From Zygnema circumcarinatum SAG 698-1b (Eukaryota; Plantae; Zygnematophyceae), in assembly GCA_037447605.1 (NCBI GenBank), contig CM074818.1:1500617-1564616 (forward strand): a stretch of DNA of 64,000 nt. The letters run 5' to 3'. Shown one piece after another: positions 25,801 to 38,031 of this stretch. The position numbers were made by a program, and so were the translations under genes. How positions within the stretch are numbered: the first letter of the stretch is position 1; each line of letters begins with the position of its first letter. Below the pieces are notes generated by a model, which had not been told where the DNA came from, made no database searches, and saw only the letters and a list, made by a program, of their open reading frames with translations.

Positions 25801-28800
25801 CCTCCGTTGGCTCAAATGCAGACTACTCGCAGACACTTACTGTTTGTTATGGCTACGCAGCAACATGGGTGATTCACTGCTCTTGTCAAGAGAGGAAACC
25901 CTGCAAAACCCTTCAGGGTTTGTCTCCTTTTTTGATCCCAGGATTCATTACTTCTCTGGGATGTATGCAGGTTGGGGGAATGGTTGTAGCAGCTTGGTTT
26001 CAAGCCCTGCGAGGCTCCAAATTTGCAGACCAAATTCAGAATTCGCAGGAAGTGCAGACGCTCCGCTCCCGGCTCCTTGAGCTGCTCTCTCCCTCTACTC
26101 CCTCCCGCCCCACACCAGGCAGCAATGCATCATACTCAGAAGCACTAAGAGCTTGCGCAAAGCTGCGATTAGAAGCAGGAAATCTTCTCCATCAAGCCCG
26201 AGCCTTGCAGTTGCCATGTGGGCTTAGCGAGCCTCTTGAGTCTTTAGGGGCCGATGCAGCTGTGGAGTTAGCCATGTCCTTGCAAGGTGCTGCTTTTCAG
26301 ACAGTTTCTGGGCCAGCCGGCTCTCCCGCGGAGGTTTTGGAAGGCTCCCGCCAACGTTTGCTCACTACTGCAGGATACCTTCAGACTATCCAGGTCTGCA
26401 TCTCCTTCATCTTCAAAACGAGCTTTTGCGCTACAGAACTGCAGTTGTAGGGGTAGTTTTACGCATTGTGGGGAGCACGCAACTGAGGGTTTCAGCGGAT
26501 TATGTTTATTCATAGGGATTCATGTCTGTTGGTTATTGGGAACATGCAGAGCAACATGCACACTGCTGTGCTCGCTGCTATTGCGGGTGCTGTGGTGTGG
26601 TTGGGCCAACTCCCAGCCAAGTTGAACCCTGTCATTCAGCCCCTCATGGCAGCCATCAGACGAGAAAAGGCAAGTTTGCTGTGACTTCGTCGGTGTCTAC
26701 ACATGAAACGGGCAATGAAATGCAGACGCTAAGTAACACATTGTGTTTTGATATCTCCTGCTCTCCCCTGTACCCCCTTCCTTCATTTGACAGTTTGAAC
26801 TCCAATCATTCGAGCAGCCTCCTTTCAAACTCACACTTGCACCGCTTGCACTGGTGGAAGCGCAGGAAGAAGCACTTCAATGGTCATCATCGATATCACT
26901 TGCAGAACTTATGAAGCAATGCATGGACAGAAAACCTGGCCCCAATGAGAAGCTGCTGCGCAATTTATGCACACTGACATGTGCCGACACTACCGAGACG
27001 CCGAAGGTTTCGGAGGAAAATGCTGAGGATGAGGATGAGATATTTGTGAACCAAACAAAATCTAAGCATGATGGCGTTGGCGTGAAAACAGCACATGATT
27101 CCCTTGCAGAACACGAGCGAATGGAAGGTGCTACTACTCGTCGTGGAGCTGAGTTGGCTCTGAAAGCTCTATCTCAGACTTTTGAAGAGCACCTATTTAG
27201 GAGTCTCCCCCGGCTGTGGGAGTGCATGGCAGAGTCGTTGCCTCCTACAGATGAATCGTTCCCTCTCGGACAGCGGCCGCCATGGCTTGACCGTCCCTTG
27301 CCAGTTATCAAAGCAGAGTCTCAAGATCTGGTGAACAATTTGCAGGTATTCTTCAACAAGTCCTAAAAAAGTTATTCGATCGATGCACGCTGGATGACTT
27401 TATGAAATCTGATGGCACTGAAAGTCTCGTCCTCGGTTGAATCCTGTCCACAGCAGTGGTCAATCATTTGACAGAACTGGCACCAAAATGATGTTCATTT
27501 TCTATTCGCAGTTCCGAACTGACCCAATCAACCGCAGGCCGCATTCTAAGAGCGGAAGAAAGTTCAGTGCTCCGTGTGCTGTTCACGTTCTTCCTTGTAT
27601 CTGCTCCCTCAAACTATGCATTGTCATGCTCTTCTGTTGAAGCTGGAGATGTTTCTACTGCAGGTTGTCCGATCAGTGGCACCCATCTTACACCACAACC
27701 TCCACAGCGAGCTTCTTCGACTCCTTCCAGCAGTACTCAACTGTGTCCACTATCCCCACGTAACAGTACGCAGAATGGCAGCCAAATGTGTGGGTGAAAT
27801 GGCTAAGGCTTGTCCCCAAGAAGTAATGGGAGTTGTCTTAGCCCGAGTACTCCCAATGCTGTCAGACACAACGTCGGAAGCTGCACGAAAAGGAGCTGCA
27901 GCAGTTGTAGCTGAGCTTGTAGAAGGGGCTGGTTCAGAGCTTGTGCAATATGCTGCCCTTCTTGTTGTTCCCCTATTGGGACGAATGAGTGACCCCAACC
28001 CTAAAGTGAGGGAGACTGTCACTCACAGCTTTGCCACTTTGGTCCCTTTGCTGCCGCTTGCAAGGGGAATGGGTCCCCCTCCTCTGCTAGATGCGGCCCA
28101 AGCTGCAAAAGCAGAGGAAGATGCCCACTTTTTGGAACAGCTTTTGGACAACAAGAGGGTGGAAGACTACCAACTGCATGTGCCTATCAATGTCTCGCTT
28201 CGCAGGTTAGAACCGCCGACTTTGGGTCTAGTTGGGTCCTCTATTATCTCGTGTTTAGGAGCTCACAGACTTATAGCACTGTAGTTTTGCAGCTGATTGA
28301 TTGATGCAGGAAAAGTCTAGTGTAGTTAGCTCGTGACTTTCCTTTGTGAAGTGGTTAAACTAGTGCCTTTTTTCTTGTCTGTTTGTTGCCGTCGTCGGAT
28401 TACTGAGTTATTTTGCATTTCCGAAAATGGATTGAGCGTGAACAGATATCAACAGGAGGGCATCAATTGGCTCGCATTTCTGGTCCGCTTTCGATTGCAC
28501 GGAATTCTTTGCGATGACATGGTAAGTTTCACGACGTTCTATATTCTGCCCTTGACACTTCCCTCCACAAATCCTTTCCGATTGTGGTCAAGCACTACTT
28601 TGCAAGTCTCTCCTTACAGACTCCGCCTCGTATTGCTTCTGCATTCTTGCCCAATCCCCCTCTACATTTTGTAACCATACGAGTGCCAAAACCCGCCAAC
28701 TCCAATGCATGTATGCCATCTCCTTTAACTGAACACCTTATTCATAGCCTAGAGAGGATGAAAAGGTACTTACTCTCAGACTTTTTCATTTTTCTATGGC

Positions 28801-31800
28801 CGCATTTTTTGGTGATTGCAGGGTCTTGGAAAGACGTTGCAAGCTTCAGCCATGATAGCATCCGATACCTCTCTGCGAGCTGCCATGCATGCTTCCACCG
28901 GCAATCCGGATGTGTCCCCATTGCCATCTTTGGTGGTCTGCCCCCCCACTCTTGTGGGCCACTGGGCTTTTGAAGTTGAAAAGTTCATCCCACTCGATGT
29001 GTTATCTCCCATGCAGTATGCAGGCTCTGCAGGAGACAGACTCCATCTGCGAAATCAGCTGTCGGAACACAACCTCGTCATTACTTCGTACGACGTTTTG
29101 CGGTCCGACATCGATTGGCTGGAGAAAATTGTGTGGAATTTTTGCGTGCTGGACGAGGGCCATATGATAAAAAGTGCGAAATCTCGAACGGCGCAGGCGG
29201 CAAAGCGCATTCGAGCGGAGCATCGGCTTGTGTTGTCCGGAACACCCCTACAGGTGTGCGACTCTGCCTGCCCTCTGTATCTCCTTCTCCCTCATTTCCT
29301 TTCAATGAAGCAAGCAACCCCATCTGCGGATATCGCTAGAAAAAGCCCCTCTCAAGTCGTAGCTTGTTCTGACATTTCGTTTCCTTGTGGGTACAGAACA
29401 ATGTCTTGGAGCTCTGGTCATTATTTGACTTCCTCATGCCCGGCTTTCTTGGGACAGAACGGCAGGTAAAGTAACAGATCTGCTTGCTTTATCTGTGGTT
29501 GAAACGGAAGTTATCTTTGAAAGGGATGTGCTCTTGAACAAGCTTGTCCCTTGGCTTGAGACTTACAATAGCATGTTCTACTGGGATTTTTGCTTTTTGA
29601 TTTTTTTTTTTTTGGTTCCATTTTGCAGTTTCATGCAACCTATGGGAAGCCGCTCCTTGCAGCCCGCGATGCCAAATGCACAGCGAAACAGGCGGAGGCG
29701 GGAGTGCTTGCTTTAGAGGCATTGCATCGTCAGGTGCAAAATTCTTCTACTTTTCTGAAATAGCGAGCGCATAGACACTGAAATATAAACGAGAAATGGT
29801 AGCGAGCTATGTATGTTCAGGTCCTGCAAGGGTTTGGAAATTTTGGTGAGCTGGAAGGCCTCATCCTCTTTCTTGCCTGTCAGAACAAGAAAGAGTAGTT
29901 TATGCAAATTGTTGGAGTAGGCATTCTGTAGGCATGAAAATCTGTTGCTACTTATTCTGGGGAGCTTTCTGTTGTTTCCGTGACATCCAATAGATGGCTT
30001 TTTTCACAATCGTGTATTTAACTGTATTGTTCATTTCGGCTCATCAGATTATGCCATTTGTGCTCCGCCGGACGAAAGAGCAAGTCTTAAAAGACCTCCC
30101 ACCAAAGATCATTCAGGACCGCTACTGCGAAGTCAGCCCTCTGCAACAGATGTTGTATGAAGATTTCTCCCACTCTCGCACGAAAAACCAACTGACTGGG
30201 CTCGTGTCTGCATATGAGATTAAGGAAGAAGACCCAACCGAGGTGCCATCTCAAGAAGCTTCAGCACATGTCTTTCAGGTGAGCTATCGGATGCTCCTTC
30301 AACCTCACTTGCTTAGAATCTTCCTTCACTTCAGTAATACACATCCATCACTGGACCTGAATTACGCCATTACCTTTGTCTGAAACGAGTTAGACCTTCA
30401 TCTTATAACTCACCATATGGAGGGGGAGAGACTATGCAGGCTCTCCAATACCTCAGGAAACTCTGCAGTCATCCTCTCCTTGTTCTGAACGAGATGCAAC
30501 CCCAACATGCTGCCGCCATGCGAGCCCACGTGGCGGCTTCTGGTGAAGCGTTGGACCTGCATGCCCTGCACCACGCTCCGAAGCTGCTCGCTTTGCAGGA
30601 AATTCTGCACGAGTGCGGGATAGGACTGCCCGCAGCGGGAGAGCAGAGTTTGGGGGAGCCGGCAGCTTCACATAGAGTGCTGATCTTTGCCCAGCTCAAG
30701 GTGAGACAGCAGAGAGAAAAGAGTGAGAGAGAGAGAGACAGAGAAAAGAGAGAGAAAAGAGAGAGGAAAGAGAGAGCCGTCTCTCTACCCTTCCTTGCTC
30801 GATGAAGTTACTCGGCAGAAGGGCAAGATATTATAACCTTCTCCTGGGTCATTGACAAATTCGGACCTTTTGGCATTTGATCCTTTTTGCGTGGTTTCCG
30901 TTAGATCTGGCTCTGTGTATGATGGAATTGTTGGATAGAGCAATGAGCTACGAGCAATCTTGGCAGTGCAGAATGGGCTCATTGTACTTGTTGATGCTTT
31001 TTGTTGCAGGGATTTTTGGACATCATAGAAAGTGATCTCTTGCGACAGCATATGCCCAGGTGAGACCCGATCAGCGCCTTTAGGTTTGTGACCATTCTAG
31101 TTATGTTTTGAGATTTAAGAGCGCTTTATATTGCTTTTATTTCAGAAGAAGTCGGAATGGTATGGCTAAAGTTGCATGATAGTGTAGGACTCCAGGCCTT
31201 CTTGCTTGATCTCCTCTCAATACAACAGACCTTCTTTGGCATGCTGGAAAAGGAGGTGTAGATGGCTAGTCGAAGGTCATATATAGAGTACTCATTGGTA
31301 TGTCAGTCTCACATAGTAATATTGACAGCAAGAACTAGGTCCTCTAGCTGACTAAAGGAATGAATGAATGTATGGTTTCCGGCAGTGTATCATATCTCCG
31401 CCTCGATGGTTCCGTGGAACCCGGCAAACGCTTCGATATCGTCCGTCGATTCAATTCCGATCCGACGATCGATCTGCTCCTTCTCACTACTCACGGTGAG
31501 GGCCTCACAGGACTTAGCGGCTGGGAACCAACTTCCGGAGATTCATCGTATGCTCTTAAAGCAATAGTTAATGCCTGGCTCATCAGTTTTGTATTTGGGT
31601 TATCTTCTTTAAAATATGCGGTACAGGAGTAGTGAAAAACCGGGATTTGCGCAAGATCTGAAATAGAAATTCTTTTCACGTTAAAATTGTCTATCAAAGT
31701 CAAATAAGACAAAGAAAACAACACAAAAAAAAATTAACTCACTTCCGAAAAGTCCCACATTTTCTTTTTCTTTTACAATTTCTCAAGACAGTTTTTTTTT

Positions 31801-32481
31801 TTTCCTATTATGCTTTTAGCATGCGGCATTTTTATCCAGTGCTGGTTGTTATCGTGCCCAGACTTACCTCTGGGCAGATTTATTTATTCTTCTGAGACAT
31901 TAGGTCTTTCAGAGTTAATATGGAAGCCAATCGCTGTTTTAGACCGAACTGTTTCTTTTTTTAGACCCCATATCTTGAAAAGCTTGCGCCATCGGTGTTT
32001 TTTGGAAACGAAAAAAGCGGAATTTCGAAGAATGAGGAGAAGAATGAGGAGACGTATTTTGGTGCTATGCATGCAGTGGGAGGGCTCGGCCTCAACTTGA
32101 CTTCTGCTGACACGGTGGTCTTTATGGAGCACGATTGGAATCCTATGAGGGACCTTCAGGTCAGCTGAAAGCTCTAACCTCCTCGATATGCATGCACTTC
32201 AAACTGAGTCGAATGTATGAGGTTTGTTTGGGTTTCGTGACGTGAAATACTCGTTAATGTTTATGAGTAAGTCACTGTTCATTTTATTCAAGGGGAAGAG
32301 ATTTCAACGTTTCTCATGTGTGCTGTAGCTTCAAAGGATGCAGATTTCTGCTTTGGATGTTTAGAATACTGATGGCAAGGTCAAGATATGTCTCCTTGAC
32401 TATGGTCACGAATTGGTTTTCATTTCCTTTAATTGTGGTTTTGATGGATATAGGGGGTGAGAGGAGGTAGAAGTAGAAAGG

Positions 32482-32573
<92 letters not shown>

Positions 32574-33173
32574 AAGAGAGAAGGAGATACTGACGTCGGT
32601 GAGGTTCTGCAGGCCATGGACCGAGCCCACCGTCTGGGGCAGCAGCGCGCAGTGAATGTGCACCGCCTAATTATGAAAAGCACTTTGGAGGAGAAGATGA
32701 TGAGTCTGCAGCGCTTCAAAATCTCAGTGGCGAACAGCGTGGTGAATGCGGACAACGCCTCCCTCAACTCCATGGACACCGCGCAGCTTCTAGACCTCTT
32801 CAATGTCCCGCAGCCGCCGCCCAAGGTGCGCCCTCCCTCCCTCCCTCCCTCCCTCCCTCCCTCCCTTTCGCAGCTGTCTCGAAGCTTGCAGCTGTCATGT
32901 AAGCAAGCATTGGCAATCAATCCATTGTAAGAGTAGGAAAGGTTCTGAGGATGGCGCGACATTATGGGGGGAGGGGATGGTCTGCAGACTTCTCGGCGCG
33001 TTGGAGGCCCTGAGAGCGATTTGCAGGCGGAAGCTGCGGCAGGTTCAGTGGGTGGGAAGGGGAAGGCCAAGGGACTGAAGGCCATGTTGAGCAGTCTGGA
33101 GGAGCTGTGGGATGAAGCGCAGTACAGCGAGGAGTACAACCTGCAGGCCTTCGTCTCACGCCTCACGTCCTGA
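19380..33173 (+). CDS. BTAF1: TATA-binding-protein-associated factor BTAF1/MOT1 (SNF2-family ATPase), 29 exons, ~1960 aa
   Basis: Exons: 19380-19446, 19708-19802, 19958-20190, 20436-20493, 20668-20749, 20901-21247, ~21955-22072, 22374-22674, 22802-22934, 23048 or 23078-23146, 23556-23767, 24440-24674, 24786-24947, 25236-25613, 25971-26393, 26550-26669, 26866-27345, 27664-28205, 28446-28521, 28822-29253, 29397-29465, 29629-29733, 30048-30278, 30440-30700, 31010-31059, 31386-31495, 32077-32159, 32613-32825, 32988-33173. Diagnostic motifs: [49 protein letters not shown] (Walker A), [88 protein letters not shown]. Confidence 0.95.
19840..19887. other. 10-N assembly gap next to a long poly-C tract in BTAF1 intron 2
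   Basis: N at 19840-19849. Four more 10-N gaps (39361-39370, 46352-46361, 46835-46844, 62865-62874) all abut poly-C/G or C-rich/G-rich low-complexity tracts. Confidence 0.95.
32484..32570. repeat. (GA)n microsatellite, ~40 units, in BTAF1 intron 27
   Basis: Visible directly; ends ~40 nt upstream of the acceptor at 32612. Confidence 0.95.
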
Positions 33174-34283
33174 CCAGACGTTCTGCTTTAGAGTGAGCAG
33201 AAACGCCCTCCTTTTCCTCCTCTCCCATCTCTCCTTCCCCCCCCCTCCCCCCCACCCCCCCCCCCTGCGGTCCGAGCTACTTTTGCAAGTCAAAAGGCAT
33301 CTCCTTCAGTCATTCGAGAGAGAGAGCGCGAGAGATGGAGAGAGTGAGAGAGACAGAGTGAGAGAGAGAGAGGGAGGGGAGAGGGAGAGGGTGAGGGAGG
33401 GAGAGTAGGGGACATGCTCAGAGCTCTTCCGGGTTTGTTTATCCAAGTCTGAGGTTCGGGCATGCATCAGAGGGGAAAGTGATGGAATCAAGGACGTGTG
33501 GTTCACTTTGAGGCTGCGTCCGATGAAGGCACACTGTTCTCAAGCAGAGTTCCAAGATGGGACAGTTTTGGGAGCGGCAGGTTTATTTTTCAGCGCATTT
33601 TTAAATGTCTGATTCTGCCTTCGAGAAAGTTTGAAAAAATTCAGGGACCTTTTCAAGTTGTCATGGTTTATACTATCCTGTAATTCTGTACGGCTACAGA
33701 TCTGCTGCACTCCATGTCTACCGTACTGCACTGTACGGAGTACTCTTCACCATGTAGCAGCTCCTATCACAACTCACAGAACCTGAAACTTTGTCTTCAA
33801 GCGGTACAATATCTGAGACCTGCAAGTAAGGCATACCTGAGACCTGCAAGTAAGGCTTCCCAAAAGGAGAGAACATGCTAGGAGGTTCACGAGCTTAAGA
33901 CGCATAATACCTTCTCGTCCTCGTCCTCGTCCTCTTCATCTTCTCCCTGCATCCACCCCCTTCGGCTACTCCGACTGGGCCTCATCTGACAGCGGGCACA
34001 AGCCGTCTATCGAAACAAGCCTCACTTCCTTGGCTGCTGCTTTCACAATTTTTCACTGGAATAGTTGATATTTTCGCTATTTTCCCTGTATTCTTTTTCA
34101 TTTTAAAAGAGAACGTAACTCCCAAAATTGAGGGAAAATAACAACATGCAAAGAGAAGGGTACTTGGGCCAACCCCTGCACTAAAAATAACTATTACAAA
34201 GTACAATATTTGTTCCATCCCTCGTCTTGAATAATGCAAAGGATGTTGCAGTGGTGGTCTATTGTTTTGGGAATTCGACATGC

Positions 34284-35142
34284 CACGTGCCCCTTTCTAA
34301 TTGGTCTAATGCACCGATTTGAAATTATTTTAAAAATTTGAATTTAAATTTAAATTTATGCCAGAGCGGCTGGCCGTTGACTATGTCCATGTTCGGATTG
34401 TGAACGAGTCCAACGGATCGGAACGGCTAGCATGGAGACTCAATAAAAATGTGCCGTACCAAAAACGACCGTTGTTTGTACGGCTCAAAAACTCCACCTT
34501 CCCACATCATCAAACGAGTACGGTAACTACGAATCACACGTCGGCACGTGTAGTTCCTTCTGTCGTTTAACATGAAGACAATTGTATTGTTTGTCGTCTA
34601 GCATACTTTTGTACCGTACGGTAACTTTGATCTCGCTTTTATTCAATTTCCATGGCCAGTTCCTACTATATCCCCAAATCCCAGTTCCACGAGACAGTCA
34701 CGGAACTGCGACACGTAGAGCGGCCTCCCTTTTTCCCCAATTCCCCATGCCCTCGTGCGGCCGTCCGCGGCCCGTCCGTCCGTCCGTACGTCGCCCCTAT
34801 CTGTTTAACACGTGGATCATCCGATCGCCGTCCATTCCATCCGCACAATTCGGACGGCTGAGATGTGTCGCGGCGCTCCACCACCCGCTGCGTTCGCATT
34901 GGCTGGCCCGCCGGCTCACATCGCACACCACGAATCTGTGGCTCTATCCTGAATTAAGTACCTTGCAAGGGATTTTCAGGAATGACATCGCATGCTGCGT
35001 GTACGGATTCTATTTGTGGACCGTTTCTTGGATTCCGGGCCTGAAGCTGGTGGTGGAGGGCCACTCCCGCGGGGCCGCCCTCTAGGGCCTCGCTCTATAG
35101 CGAACAATTCTGCTGCGACCGCCAATCGAGACGCGCCACGTG
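34284..35142 (+). promoter_or_regulatory. Four G-boxes (CACGTG) and a CCAAT box upstream of PRK
   Basis: CACGTG at 34284, 34545, 34809 and 35137; CCAAT at ~35122. G-boxes are established light-response elements, but the hexamer is also common in the repeats of this window. Confidence 0.35.
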
Positions 35143-35333
35143 TACAGTTTTGGCAACGTGGCGTACTGCGATTGGTTCATGGTCGATTATAGGTCGCAAT
35201 GCAGAAAGGCCTTGGCTGGTGAGAGGGGGCTAAAGGGAGAAGTTGGAGCTGTAGCAGAGAGAGAGAGAGATACAGAGAGAGAGTGAGAGAGACAGTGTGA
35301 GAGCTTTGCAGGAAGAAGGAAGAGGAAGGAATC

Positions 35334-38031
35334 ATGGCGGCCGCCACCTCCTCTGCCGTGCTTCCCAGCGTGTTCCAGGCGAAGACACAATGCGGTGTGT
35401 CTCGCAAGCAGGCGAAGGTGGGAGCCATGTCCAGCGAGCTTCACCAGAGAGTGGTGGTCGGCTCCCTCTCCTGCGCAGGAGTGAAGGCCATTCAGACGAG
35501 TAAGAGCCAGAAGAAGACCCACCGCGCCGTGGTGGTCTGCAAGGCCGCCGATCAGACCGTCGTCGTTGGTTTGGCTGCGGATTCTGGATGCGGAAAGAGT
35601 ACCTTCATGAGGCGCATGACCTCAGTGTTCGGCGGTGCGGCTTCTCCTCCCAAGGGAGGAAACCCTGACTCCAACACTTTGATCAGCGATGTCACAACTG
35701 TCATCTGCTTGGACGACTACCATTCCTTGGACAGGAACGGGCGCAAGAAGGAGAACGTGACTGCTTTGGACCCCAAGGCAAACAACTTTGACCTCATGTA
35801 CGAGCAGGTGAAGGCTCTCAAGGAGGGGAGGGCAGTGGACAAGCCCATTTACAACCACGTAACAGGGCTTCTGGACGCCCCGGAAAGAATAGAGCCTCCC
35901 AAGATCCTCGTCATTGAGGGTCTCCACCCTATGTAAGTCTTCAGCCTTCAGCGATCGTCGTTTAGATTCCTTATTGATATTGTTTGTTTGAGGAACTCCT
36001 GTTTCACCCCTCTGACTGTTTAGTTTTGTCTGTTTTGTCTGCGAGTATTACTGTGATGTAACAGTCTTGCATGTGGCTGTCCCAAATGCCATGAGAGTGG
36101 GAAAGTACTTTGATCTATCCAAAGATCATCATTGTCACCAGAATCATCAGCTATGTTCAGTACAAAGAAAATGTCGTGCCCCGGGCGGAACTGGAACTGA
36201 GACATTCCGGTTTGTTTTGCACGTGGTCCATTCCTTTATGCTTGACTCCTTTCTCTACGTTTGTGCAGGTATGATGAGCGCGTGCGGGACCTTCTTGACT
36301 ACAGTATTTATCTTGACATCAGCGATGATGTTAAGTTCGCCTGGAAGATCCAGGTGCTTCTTCCTGCCTTCTATGTTTACACGTTTAGTTGCGTGTGTGC
36401 AAGTGCGATATCCTTTGGAACATCAGCGAAAGGTGAGGCAATGTGGAAACAACAGTGCAGATCTGCATTCATGATGTGCAGGCAATCTCTGAGGTTCTTG
36501 TTTTTTGGTTGGGTTTGCAGCGTGACATGGCAGAGCGAGGCCACAGCCTGGAGAGCATCAAGGCTAGCATTGCTGCCAGGAAACCTGACTTCGATGCCTA
36601 CATTGGTAAGTGACCTGACAATTGGGTGGTGAATCGCTGCTTGAGTGGTGTTTCGGAAACCCAATCGCATCTCTGGTCACTGCTCAGTAAGTCGTTGCGT
36701 TGTTTTCCTTACTGACTTAACCTTACCTCTATTGTGGTATGCAGATCCCCAGAAGCAGTTCGCGGACTGTGTCATTCAGGTGCTGCCCACTCAGTTGATC
36801 CCTGACGACAACGAAGGAAAGGTGCTTCGCGTGCGGATGATCATGAAGGAGGGCCAACCCCTCTTCGATCCCGTCTACTTGTATGACGAGGGATCTACCA
36901 TTTCTTGGATTCCTTGCGGACGCAAACTTACTTGCTCCTACCCAGGAATCAAGTTCTTCTATGGGCCTGACACATACTATGGCAATGAGGTAGGTTCAAT
37001 TCACTCAAAGTTTTCCTGTCTTACTGTTTTGTTGATTTTGTGTCATCAATTAGGTGCTTCACTTGGTTGTTTAGTCTTTGGTCTGTTGTTCTGTAACCTA
37101 AATGTTTTCTCTTACTCTTGCAAACACAGGTGCTGTACTTGATGCAGAATTTGTCTCCCTCGTTTTCCTTCGTGGCATGGATGTACTTGTTTGTTCTCTT
37201 GCGAGGTTGATGATGATATGCATGTATCGGTGCAGTGTCCTTCACCTTGATAATATAATCATAATGTTGTTTTTGGTAAGACTGGCTGGTCATTTCCTGG
37301 GTATCCATAAGCGTTGATTCGTCTCACGTTTGATGCTAGTCTGATTAAACGAGCGAGGGGTCTGCTTGTACTGCACTGCTTGCATTGTTATGGTTGTATG
37401 CTTCGCACGTGCCGATAGTGTGGTCGTTGTTTTCCATCGTTTCACTCACTCCACTTCTGACTGGCCAGATATTTCTTTTTTCTGGGTTTTTTATTCTGTC
37501 GAACTGCCCAGTCGTGTCGAAGTTAGACTTAGAAAGTCTTGGAAGTCTTAGGTAAATCCCAATGAACATAACTCTGCACTTCTAGGTTGGCAGGTCCATT
37601 GATGGTCTGCATGTGATGTGGTCTGTTACCTGTCATGCATTTTTGTGAACCCTCTCCACTGCCTGCCACAGGTAGCGATGTATCAGCTCCCTCGGTTGAT
37701 TAGTCTGGCAGCTGCACCACTTGCTTGTCGTCTCTTTCTTTTTTGTTGTGGAAGTCTTTAGCCGTTCCTGATTTAGAGAATCATGTTTTGTCGGCAGGTG
37801 ACTGTGCTGGAGATGGATGGACAATTCGAGAAGCTTGAGGAGCTCATCTACGTGGAGAGCCATTTGAGCCGCACCGCCACGAAGTTCTATGGAGAGATCA
37901 CTCAGCAGATGTTGAAGCACGCAGATTTCCCCGGCAGCAACAACGGCACCGGCCTCTTCCAAACCATTTGCGGATTGAAGATTCGGGAGGTCTATGAGCG
38001 GCTCCTGGCCAAGCAGGCCGTGGCTGTCTAA
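35334..38031 (+). CDS. PRK: Phosphoribulokinase, chloroplast precursor, 5 exons, 415 aa
   Basis: Exons 35334-35932, 36269-36353, 36521-36605, 36745-36989 and 37798-38031. S/A/K-rich transit peptide, then VVGLAADSGCGKSTFMRR, VICLDDYHSLDR, IEGLHPMYDERVRDLLD, QRDMAERGHSLESIKASI, WIPCGRKLTCSYPGIKF, FPGSNNGTGLFQTI. Confidence 0.97.

Noticed and set aside
32429-33166. 245-aa minus ORF and RE-repeat plus ORF
   Set aside because: They derive from (GA)n and (CCCT)n microsatellites and the antisense of BTAF1 terminal exons.
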